This document shows positions 1 to 12,300 of a stretch of DNA of 64,000 nt, piece by piece. Made by a program: the position numbers and the translations under genes. This DNA comes from Eledone cirrhosa (taxonomy: Eukaryota). The number at the start of each line of letters is the position of its first letter. Positions within the stretch are counted from its first letter, which is position 1. The DNA lies in assembly GCA_964016885.1 (NCBI GenBank), contig OZ024744.1:20584001-20648000 (forward strand). Direction: 5' to 3'. A model generated the notes under the pieces. That model was not told where the DNA came from. It saw only the letters and a program-made list of their open reading frames with translations, and did no database searches.

Positions 1-3000
1 AAACTCGTTTTAACAATAGTGGAATCTTAAGAACTGACTCGTTTTAACAACAGTTGAATCTTAAGATAAAACTCGTTTTAACAACAGTTCAATCTTAAGA
101 ACTGACTCGTTTTAACAACAGCTGAATCTTAAGATAAAACTCGTTTTAACAACAGTTCAAACTTAAGAAATGACTCGTTTTAACAAAAGTTGAATCTTAT
201 GAACTGACTCATTTTAACAACAGTTGAATCTTAAGATAACATTCGTTTTAACAACAGTTGAATCTTAAGAACTGACTCGTTTTAACAACAGTTGAATCTT
301 AAAGATAAAACTCGTTTCGACAACAGTTGAATCTTAAGAACTGACTCGTTTTAACAACAGCTGAATCTTAAGATAAAACTCGTTTTAACAACAGTTGAAT
401 CTTAAGATAAAACTCGTTTTAACAACAGTTGAATCTTAAGAACTGACTCGTTTTAACGACAGCTGAATCTTAAGATAAAACTCGTTTTAACAACAGTTCA
501 AACTTAAGAAATGACTCGTTTTAACAACAGTTGAATCTTATGAACTGACTCATTTTAACAACAGTTGAATCTTAAGAACTGATTCGTTTTAACAACAGCT
601 GAATCTTAAGATAAAACTCGTTTTAACAACAGTTGAATCTTTAGAACTGACTCGTTTTAACAACAGCTGAATCTTAAGATAAAACTCGTTTTAACAACAG
701 TTGAATCTTAAGAACTGACTCGTTTTAACAACAGCTGAATCTTAAGATAAAACTCGTTTTAACAACAGTTGAATCTTAAGATAAAACTCGTTTTAACAAC
801 AGTTGAATCTTAAGAACTGACTCTTTTTAACAACAGTTGAATCTTAAGATAAAACTCGTTTTAACAACAGTTGAATCTTATGAGCTAACTCATTTTAACA
901 ACAGTTGAATCTTAAGTTCAGACTCGTTTTAACAACAGTTGAATCTTAAGAACTGACTCGTTTTAACAACAGCTGAATCTTAAGATAAAACTCGTTTTAA
1001 CAACAGTTGAATCTTAAGAACTGACTCGTTTTAACAACAGCTGAATCTTAAGATAAAACTCGTTTTAACAACAGTTGAATCTTAAGATAAAACTCGTTTT
1101 AACAACAGTTGAATCTTAAGTACTGACTCGTTTTAACAACAGTTGAATCTTAAGATAAAACTCGTTTTAACAACAGTTGAATCTTATGAGCTCACTCATT
1201 TTAACAACAGTTGAATCTTAAGTTAAGACTCGTTTTAACAACAGTTGAATCTTAAGAACTGACTCGTTTTAACGACAGCTGAATCTTAAGATAAAACTTG
1301 ATTTAACAACAGTTGAATCTTAAAGATAAAACTCGCTTTAACAACAGTTGAATCTTAAGAACTGACTCGTTTTAACAACAGTTGAATCTTAAGACAAAAC
1401 CCGTTTTAACAACAGTTGAATCTTAAGAACTGTCTCGTTTTAACAACAGTTGAATCTTAAGATAAACCTCGTTTTAACAACAGTTTAATCTTAAGAACTG
1501 ACTCGTTTTAACAACAGTTGAATCTTAAGACAAAACTCGTTTTAACAACAGTTGAATCTTAAGAACTGACTTGTTCTAACAACAGTTCAGCCTTAAGAAC
1601 TGACTCGTTTTAAAACAGTTGAATCGTTAGAACTGACTCGTTTTAACAACAGTTGAATCTTAAAATAAAACTCGTTTTAACAATAGTTGAATCTCAAGAA
1701 CTGACTCGTTTTAGCAACAGTTGAATCTTAAGATAACACTCGTTTTCATAACAGTTGAATCTTAAGAACTGTCTCGTTTTAACAACAGTTGAATCTTAAG
1801 ATAAACCTCGTTTTAACAACAGTTGAATCTTAAGAACTGACTCGTTTTAACAACAGTTAAATCTTAATAACAGACTCGTTTTAACAACAGTTGAATCTTA
1901 AGATAAAACTCGTTTTAACAACTGTTGAATCTTAAGAACTGACTCGTTTTAACAACAGCTGAATCTTAAGATAAAACTCGTTTTAACAACAGTTGAATCT
2001 TAAGAACTGACTCGTTTTAACAACAGTTGAATCTTAAGATAAAACCCGTTTTAACAACTGTTGAATCTTAAGAACTGACTCGTTTTAACAACAGCTGAAT
2101 CTTAAGATAAAACCCGTTTTAACAACAGTTGAATCTTAAGAACTGACTCGTTTTAACAACAGTTGAATCTTCAAATAAAACTCGTTTTAACAACAGTTGA
2201 ATCTTAAGAACTGACTCGTTTTAACAACAGTTGAATGTTAAGATAAAACTCGTTTTAACAATAGTTGAAACTTAAGAACTGACTCGTTTTAACAACAGTT
2301 GAATCTTAAGAACTGACTCGTTTTAACAACAGTTGAATCTTCAAATAAAACTCGTTTTAACAACAGTTGAATCTTAAGAACTGACTCGTTTTAACAACAG
2401 TTGAATGTTAAGATAAAACTCGTTTTAACAATAGTTGAAACTTAAGAACTGACTCGTTTTAACAACAGTTGAATCTTAAGATAAAACTCGTTTTAACAAC
2501 AGTTGAATCTTAAGAACTGACTCGTTTTAACAACAGCTGAATCTTAAGATAAAACTCGTTTTAACAACAGTTGAATCTTAAGAACGGACTCGTTTTAACA
2601 ACAGCTGAATCTTAAGATAAAACTCGTTTTAACGACAGTTGAATCTTAAGAACTGATTCGTTTTAACAACAGTTCAAACTTAAGAACTGACTCGTTTTAT
2701 CAACAGTTGAATCTTATGAACTGACTCATTTTCACAACAGTTGAATCTTAAGATAACATTCGTTTTAACAACAGTTGAATCTTAAGAACTGACTCGTTTT
2801 AACAACAGTTGAATCTTAAAGATAAAACTCGTTTCAACAACAGTTGAATCTTAAGAACTGACTCGTTTTAACAACAGCTGAATCTTAAGATAAAACTCGT
2901 TTTAACAACAGTTGAATCTTAAGATAAAACTCGTTTTAACAACAGTTGAATCTTAAGAACTGACTCGTTTTAACGACAGCTGAATCTTAAGATAAAACTC

Positions 3001-6000
3001 GTTTTAACAACAGTTGAATCTTAAGAACAGACTCGTTTTAACAACAGTTGAATCTTAAGAACTGACTCGTTTTAACGACAGCTGAATCTTAAGATAAAAC
3101 TCGTTTTAACAACAGTTCAAACTTAAGAAATGACTCGTTTTAACAACAGTTGAATCTTATGAACTGACTCATTTTAACAACAGTTGAATCTTAAGAACTG
3201 ATTCGTTTTAACAACAGCTGAATCTTAAGATAAAACTCGTTTTAACAACAGTTGAATCTTTAGAACTGACTCGTTTTAACAACAGCTGAATCTTAAGATA
3301 AAACTCGTTTTAACAACAGTTGAATCTTAAGAACTGACTCGTTTTAACAACAGCTGAATCTTAAGATAAAACTCGTTTTAACAACAGTTGAATCTTAAGA
3401 TAAAACTCGTTTTAACAACAGTTGAATCTTAAAAACTGACTCTTTTTAACAACAGTTGAATCTTAAGATAAAACTCGTTTTAACAACAGTTGAATCTTAT
3501 GAGCTAACTCATTTTAACAACAGTTGAATCTTAAATTCAGACTCGTTTTAACAACAGTTGAATCTTAAGAACTGACTCGTTTTAACAACAGCTGAATCTT
3601 AAGATAAAACTCGTTTTAACAACAGTTGAATCTTAAGAACTGACTCGTTTTAACAACAGCTGAATCTTAAGATAAAACTCGTTTTAACAACAGTTGAATC
3701 TTAAGATAAAACTCGTTTTAACAACAGTTGAATCTTAAGTACTGACTCGTTTTAACAACAGTTGAATCTTAAGATAAAACTCGTTTTAACAACAGTTGAA
3801 TCTTATGAGCTAACTCATTTTAACAACAGTTGAATCTTAAGTTAAGACTCGTTTTAACAACAGTTGAATCTTAAGAACTGACTCGTTTTAACGACAGCTG
3901 AATCTTAAGATAAAACTTGATTTAACAACAGTTGAATCTTAAAGATAAAACTCGCTTTAACAACAGTTGAATCTTAAGAACTGACTCGTTTTAACAACAG
4001 TTGAATCTTAAGACAAAACCCGTTTTAACAACAGTTGAATCTTAAGAACTGTCTCGTTTTAACAACAGTTGAATCTTAAGATAAACCTCGTTTTAACAAC
4101 AGTTTAATCTTAAGAACTGACTCGTTTTAACAACAGTTGAATCTTAAGACAAAACTCGTTTTAACAACAGTTGAATCTTAAGAACTGACTTGTTCTAACA
4201 ACAGTTCAGCCTTAAGAACTGACTCGTTTTAAAACAGTTGAATCGTTAGAACTGACTCGTTTTAACAACAGTTGAATCTTAAAATAAAACTCGTTTTAAC
4301 AATAGTTGAATCTCAAGAACTGACTCGTTTTAGCAACAGTTGAATCTTAAGATAACACTCGTTTTCATAACAGTTGAATCTTAAGATAAAACTCGTTTTA
4401 ACAACAGTTGAATCTTAAGTACTGACTCGTTTTAACAACAGTTGAATCTTAAGATAAAACTCGTTTTAACAACAGTTGAATCTTATGAGCTAACTCATTT
4501 TAACAACAGTTGAATCTTAAGTTAAGACTCGTTTTAACAACAGTTGAATCTTAAGAACTGACTCGTTTTAACGACAGCTGAATCTTAAGATAAAACTTGA
4601 TTTAACAACAGTTGAATCTTAAGAACTGACTCGTTTTAACAACAGTTGAATCTTAAGACAAAACCCGTTTTAACAACAGTTGAATCTTAAGAACTGTCTC
4701 GTTTTAACAACAGTTGAATCTTAAGATAAACCTCGTTTTAACAACAGTTTAATCTTAAGAACTGATTCGTTTTAACAACAGTTGAATCTTAAGAACTGAC
4801 TTGTTCTAACAACAGTTCAGCCTTAAGAACTGACTCGTTTTAAAACAGTTGAATCGTTAGAACTGACTCGTTTTAACAACGGTTGAATCTTAAAATAAAA
4901 CTCGTTTTAACAATAATTGAATCTCAAGAACTGACTCGTTTTAGCAACAGTTGAATCTTAAGATAACACTCGTTTTCATAACAGTTGAATCTTAAGAACT
5001 GTCTCGTTTTAACAACAGTTGAATCTTAAGATAAACCTCGTTTTAACAACAGTTGATTCTTAAGAACCGACTCGTTTTAACAACAGTTAAATCTAAATAA
5101 CTGACTCGTTTTAACAACAGTTGAATGTTAAGATAAAACTCGTTTTAACAATAGTTGAACCTTAAGAACTGACTCGTTTTAACAACAGTTGAATCTTAAG
5201 ATAAAACTCGTTTTAACAACTGTTGAATCTTAAGAACTGACTCGTTTTAACAACAGCTGAATCTTAAGATAAAACTCGTTTTAAGAACAGTTGAATCTTA
5301 AGAACTGACTCGTTTTAACAACAGTTGAATCTTAAGAACTGACTCGTTTTAATAACAGTTGAATCTTAAGATAAAACTCGTTTTAACAACAGTTGAATCT
5401 TAAGAACTGACTCGTTTTAACAACAGCTGAATCTTAAGATAAAACTCGTTTTAACAACAGTTGAATCCTAAGAACTGACTTGTTTTATCAACAGTTCAAC
5501 CGTAAGAACTGACTCGTTTTAACAACAGTTGAATGTTCAAATAAAACTCGTTTTAACAACAGTTGAATCTTAAGAACTGACTCGTTTTAACAACAGTTGA
5601 ATCTTAAGAACTGACTCGTTTTAACAACAGTTAAATCTTAATAACTGACTCGTTTTAACAACAGTTGAATGTTAAGATAACACTCGTTTTAACAACTGTT
5701 GAATCTTAAGAACTGACTCGTTTTAACAACAGCTGAATCTTAAGATAAAACTCGTTTTAACAACAGTTGAATCTTAAGAACTGACTCGTTTTAACAACAG
5801 TTAAATCTTCAAATAAAACTCGTTTTAACAACAGTTGAACATTAAGAACTGTCTCGTTTTAACAACAGTTGAATGTTAAGATAAAACTCGTTTTATCAAT
5901 AGTTGAATCTTAAGAACTGACTCGTTTTAACAACAGTTGAATCTTAAGATAAAACTCGTTTTAACAACAGTTGAATCTTAAGAACTGAATCGTTTTAACA

Positions 6001-9000
6001 ACAGCTGAATCTTAAAATAAAATTCGTTTTAACAACAGTTCAAACTTAAGAAATGACTCGTTTTAACAACAGTTGAATCTTATGAACTGACTCATTTTAA
6101 CAACAGTTGAATCTTAAGAACTGATTCGTTTTAACAACAGTTGAATCTTAAGATAAAACTCGTTTTAACAACAGTGGAATCTTAAGAACTGACTCGTTTT
6201 AGCAACAGCTGAATCTTAAGATAAAACTCGTTTTAACAACAGTTGAATCTTAAGAACTGACTCGTTTTAACAACAGCTGAATCTTAATATAAAACTCGTT
6301 TTAACAGCAGTTGAATCTTAAGATAAAACTCGTTTTAACAACAGTTGAATCTTAAGAACTGACTCGTTTTAACAACAGTTGAATTTTAAGATAAACCTCG
6401 TTTTGACAACAGTTGAATCTTAAGAACTGACTCGTTTTAACAACAGTTGAACATTAAGAACTGTCTCGTTTTAACAACAGTTGAATGTTAAGATAAAACT
6501 CGTTTTAACAATAGTTGAATCTTAAGAACTGACTCGTTTTAACAACAGCTGAATCTTAAGATAAAACTCGTTTTAACAACAGTTCAAACTTAAGAAATGA
6601 CTCGTTTTAACAACAGTTGAATCTTATGAACTGACTCATTTTAACAACAGTTGAATCTTAAGAACTGATTCGTTTTAACAACAGTTGAATCTTAAGATAA
6701 AACTCGTTTTAACAACAGTTGAATCTAAATAACTGACTCGTTTTAACAACAGTTGAATGTTAAGATAAAACTCGTTTTAACAATAGTTGAACCTTAAGAA
6801 CTGACTCGTTATAACAACAGTTGAATCTTAAGATAAAACTCGTTTTAACAACTGTTGAATCTTAAGAACTGACTCGTTTTAACAACAGCTGAATCTTAAG
6901 ACAAAACTCGTTTTAAGAACAGTTGAATCTTAAGAACTGACTCGTTTTAACAACAGTTGAATCTTAAGAACTGACTCGTTTTAACAACAGTTGAATGTTA
7001 AGATAAAACTCGTTTTAACAATAGTTGAATCTTAAGAACTGACTCGTTTTAACAACAGTTGAATCTTAAGATAAAACTCGTTTTAACAACAGTTGAATCT
7101 TAAGAACTGACTCGTTTTAACAACAGCTGAATCTTAATATAAAACTCGTTTTAACAACAGTTGAATCTTAAGAACTGACTCGTTTTAACAACAGTTGAAT
7201 CTTAAGAACTGACTCGTTTTAACGACAGCTGAATCTTAAGATAAAACTCGTTTTAACAACAGTTGGATCTTAAGAACTGACTCGTTTTAACAACAGTTGA
7301 ATCTTACGATAAAACTCGTTTTAACAACAGTTGAATCTTATGAACTAACTCATTTTAACAACAGTTGAATCTTAAGTTAAGACTCGTTTTAACAACATTT
7401 GAATCTTAAGAACTGACTCGTTTTAACAACAGTTGAATCTTAAGACAAAACCCGTTTTAACAACAGTTGAATCTTAAGAACTGTCTCGTTTTAACAACAG
7501 TTGAATCTTAAGATAAACCTCGTTTTAACAACAGTTTAATCTTAAGAACAGACTCGTTTTAACAACAGTTGAATCTTAAGACAAAACTCGTTTTAACAAC
7601 AGTTGAATCTTAAGAACTGACTTGTTCTAACAACAGTTCAGCCTTAAGAACTGACTCGTTTTAAAACAGTTGAATCGTTAGAACTGACTCGTTTTAACAA
7701 CAGTTGAATCTTAAAATAAAACTCGTTTTAACAATAGTTGAATCTCAAGAACTGACTCGTTTTAGCAACAGTTGAATCTTAAGATAACACTCGTTTTCAT
7801 AACAGTTGAATCTTAAGAACTGTCTCGTTTCAACAACAGTTGAATCTTAAGAACTGACTCGTTTTGACAACAGTTGAATCTTAAGAACTGACTCGTTTTA
7901 ACAACAGTTGAATCTTCAAATAATACTCGTTTTAACAACAGTTGAATCTTAAGAACTGACTCGTTTTAACAACAGTTGAATGTTAAGATAAAACTCGTTT
8001 TAACAATAGTGGAATCTTAAGAACTGACTCGTTTTAACAACAGTTGAATCTTAAGATAAAACTCGTTTTAACAACAGTTCAATCTTAAGAACTGACTCGT
8101 TTTAACAACAGCTGAATCTTAAGATAAAACTCGTTTTAACAACAGTTCAAACTTAAGAAATGACTCGTTTTAACAAAAGTTGAATCTTATGAACTGACTC
8201 ATTTTAACAACAGTTGAATCTTAAGATAACATTCGTTTTAACAACAGTTGAATCTTAAGAACTGACTCGTTTTAACAACAGTTGAATCTTAAAGATAAAA
8301 CTCGTTTCGACAACAGTTGAATCTTAAGAACTGACTCGTTTTAACAACAGCTGAATCTTAAGATAAAACTCGTTTTAACAACAGTTGAATCTTAAGATAA
8401 AACTCGTTTTAACAACAGTTGAATCTTAAGAACTGACTCGTTTTAACGACAGCTGAATCTTAAGATAAAACTCGTTTTAACAACAGTTCAAACTTAAGAA
8501 ATGACTCGTTTTAACAACAGTTGAATCTTATGAACTGACTCATTTTAACAACAGTTGAATCTTAAGAACTGATTCGTTTTAACAACAGCTGAATCTTAAG
8601 ATAAAACTCGTTTTAACAACAGTTGAATCTTTAGAACTGACTCGTTTTAACAACAGCTGAATCTTAAGATAAAACTCGTTTTAACAACAGTTGAATCTTA
8701 AGAACTGACTCGTTTTAACAACAGCTGAATCTTAAGATAAAACTCGTTTTAACAACAGTTGAATCTTAAGATAAAACTCGTTTTAACAACAGTTGAATCT
8801 TAAGAACTGACTCTTTTTAACAACAGTTGAATCTTAAGATAAAACTCGTTTTAACAACAGTTGAATCTTATGAGCTAACTCATTTTAACAACAGTTGAAT
8901 CTTAAGTTCAGACTCGTTTTAACAACAGTTGAATCTTAAGAACTGACTCGTTTTAACAACAGCTCAATCTTAAGATAAAACTCGTTTTAACAACAGTTGA

Positions 9001-12000
9001 ATCTTAAGATAAAACTCGTTTTAACAACAGTTGAATCTTAAGTACTGACTCGTTTTAACAACAGTTGAATCTTAAGATAAAACTCGTTTTAACAACAGTT
9101 GAATCTTATGAGCTCACTCATTTTAACAACAGTTGAATCTTAAGTTAAGACTCGTTTTAACAACAGTTGAATCTTAAGAACTGACTCGTTTTAACGACAG
9201 CTGAATCTTAAGATAAAACTTGATTTAACAACAGTTGAATCTTAAAGATAAAACTCGCTTTAACAACAGTTGAATCTTAAGAACTGACTCGTTTTAACAA
9301 CAGTTGAATCTTAAGACAAAACCCGTTTTAACAACAGTTGAATCTTAAGAACTGTCTCGTTTTAACAACAGTTGAATCTTAAGATAAACGTCGTTTTAAC
9401 AACAGTTTAATCTTAAGAACTGACTCGTTTTAACAACAGTTGAATCTTAAGACAAAACTCGTTTTAACAACAGTTGAATCTTAAGAACTGACTTGTTCTA
9501 ACAACAGTTCAGCCTTAAGAACTGACTCGTTTTAAAACAGTTGAATCGTTAGAACTGACTCGTTTTAACAACAGTTGAATCTTAAAATAAAACTCGTTTT
9601 AACAATAGTTGAATCTCAAGAACTGACTCGTTTTAGCAACAGTTGAATCTTAAGATAACACTCGTTTTCATAACAGTTGAATCTTAAGAACTGTCTCGTT
9701 TTAACAACAGTTGAATCTTAAGATAAACCTCGTTTTAACAACAGTTGAATCTTAAGAACTGACTCGTTTTAACAACAGTTAAATCTTAATAACAGACTCG
9801 TTTTAACAACAGTTGAATCTTAAGATAAAACTCGTTTTAACAACTGTTGAATCTTAAGAACTGACTCGTTTTAACAACAGCTGAATCTTAAGATAAAACT
9901 CGTTTTAACAACAGTTGAATCTTAAGAACTGACTCGTTTTAACAACAGTTGAATCTTAAGATAAAACCCGTTTTAACAACTGTTGAATCTTAAGAACTGA
10001 CTCGTTTTAACAACAGCTGAATCTTAAGATAAAACCCGTTTTAACAACAGTTGAATCTTAAGAACTGACTCGTTTTAACAACAGTTGAATCTTCAAATAA
10101 AACTCGTTTTAACAACAGTTGAATCTTAAGAACTGACTCGTTTTAACAACAGTTGAATGTTAAGATAAAACTCGTTTTAACAATAGTTGAAACTTAAGAA
10201 CTGACTCGTTTTAACAACAGTTGAATCTTAAGAACTGACTCGTTTTAACAACAGTTGAATCTTCAAATAAAACTCGTTTTAACAACAGTTGAATCTTAAG
10301 AACTGACTCGTTTTAACAACAGTTGAATGTTAAGATAAAACTCGTTTTAACAATAGTTGAAACTTAAGAACTGACTCGTTTTAACAACAGTTGAATCTTA
10401 AGATAAAACTCGTTTTAACAACAGTTGAATCTTAAGAACTGACTCGTTTTAACAACAGCTGAATCTTAAGATAAAACTCGTTTTAACAACAGTTGAATCT
10501 TAAGAACGGACTCGTTTTAACAACAGCTGAATCTTAAGATAAAACTCGTTTTAACGACAGTTGAATCTTAAGAACTGATTCGTTTTAACAACAGTTCAAA
10601 CTTAAGAACTAACTCGTTTTATCAACAGTTGAATCTTATGAACTGACTCATTTTAACAACAGTTGAATCTTAAGATAACATTCGTTTTAACAACAGTTGA
10701 ATCTTAAGAACTGACTCGTTTTAACAACAGTTGAATCTTAAAGATAAAACTCGTTTCAACAACAGTTGAATCTTAAGAACTGACTCGTTTTAACAACAGC
10801 TGAATCTTAAGATAAAACTCGTTTTAACAACAGTTGAATCTTAAGATAAAACTCGTTTTAACAACAGTTGAATCTTAAGAACTGACTCGTTTTAACGACA
10901 GCTGAATCTTAAGATAAAACTCGTTTTAACAACAGTTGAATCTTAAGAACAGACTCGTTTTAACAACAGTTGAATCTTAAGAACTGACTCGTTTTAACGA
11001 CAGCTGAATCTTAAGATAAAACTCGTTTTAACAACAGTTCAAACTTAAGAAATGACTCGTTTTAACAACAGTTGAATCTTATGAACTGACTCATTTTAAC
11101 AACAGTTGAATCTTAAGAACTGATTCGTTTTAACAACAGCTGAATCTTAAGATAAAACTCGTTTTAACAACAGTTGAATCTTTAGAACTGACTCGTTTTA
11201 ACAACAGCTGAATCTTAAGATAAAACTCGTTTTAACAACAGTTGAATCTTAAGAACTGACTCGTTTTAACAACAGCTGAATCTTAAGATAAAACTCGTTT
11301 TAACAACAGTTGAATCTTAAGATAAAACTCGTTTTAACAACAGTTGAATCTTAAAAACTGACTCTTTTTAACAACAGTTGAATCTTAAGATAAAACTCGT
11401 TTTAACAACAGTTGAATCTTATGAGCTAACTCATTTTAACAACAGTTGAATCTTAAATTCAGACTCGTTTTAACAACAGTTGAATCTTAAGAACTGACTC
11501 GTTTTAACAACAGCTGAATCTTAAGATAAAACTCGTTTTAACAACAGTTGAATCTTAAGAACTGACTCGTTTTAACAACAGCTGAATCTTAAGATAAAAC
11601 TCGTTTTAACAACAGTTGAATCTTAAGATAAAACTCGTTTTAACAACAGTTGAATCTTAAGTACTGACTCGTTTTAACAACAGTTGAATCTTAAGATAAA
11701 ACTCGTTTTAACAACAGTTGAATCTTATGAGCTAACTCATTTTAACAACAGTTGAATCTTAAGTTAAGACTCGTTTTAACAACAGTTGAATCTTAAGAAC
11801 TGACTCGTTTTAACGACAGCTGAATCTTAAGATAAAACTTGATTTAACAACAGTTGAATCTTAAAGATAAAACTCGCTTTAACAACAGTTGAATCTTAAG
11901 AACTGACTCGTTTTAACAACAGTTGAATCTTAAGACAAAACCCGTTTTAACAACAGTTGAATCTTAAGAACTGTCTCGTTTTAACAACAGTTGAATCTTA

Positions 12001-12300
12001 AGATAAACCTCGTTTTAACAACAGTTTAATCTTAAGAACTGACTCGTTTAACAACAGTTGAATCTTAAGACAAAACTCGTTTTAACAACAGTTGAATCTT
12101 AAGAACTGACTTGTTCTAACAACAGTTCAGCCTTAAGAACTGACTCGTTTTAAAACAGTTGAATCGTTAGAACTGACTCGTTTTAACAACAGTTGAATCT
12201 TAAAATAAAACTCGTTTTAACAATAGTTGAATCTCAAGAACTGACTCGTTTTAGCAACAGTTGAATCTTAAGATAACACTCGTTTTCATAACAGTTGAAT
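1..12300. repeat. Segmental duplication within the array: ~1-4370 recurs at ~7991-12300 (offset 7990, then ~7922)
   Basis: Position 1 AAACTCGTTTTAACAATAGTGGAATC matches 7991 and the variant order continues. Rare GAGCTCACTC at ~1188 and ~9110; TTGTTC at 1571/9493 and 4190/12111. The second copy lacks one 68-bp dimer near 8960-9000. Confidence 0.85.
1392..1760. repeat. First copy of a recurrent ~11-monomer variant cassette (higher-order repeat landmark); 29 occurrences of its core counted in the window
   Basis: Ordered variants ACAAAACCCG, ACTGTCTCG, ATAAACCTCG, GTTTAATC, ACAAAACTCG, TTGTTCTAAC/TTCAGCC, TAAAACAG/AATCGTTAG, AAAATAAAA, CTCAAG, TAGCAAC/ATAACACTC, TTCATAAC. Core TTGTTC read at 1571, 4190, 4801, 7622, 9493, 12111, 13061, 16393, 17343, 20164, 22001, 25982, 28941, 31969, 35030, 37173, 39655, 41558, 43837, 45571, 47577, 49073, 51657, 53560, 55839, 57709, 59715, 61721, 63624. 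Confidence 0.93.
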
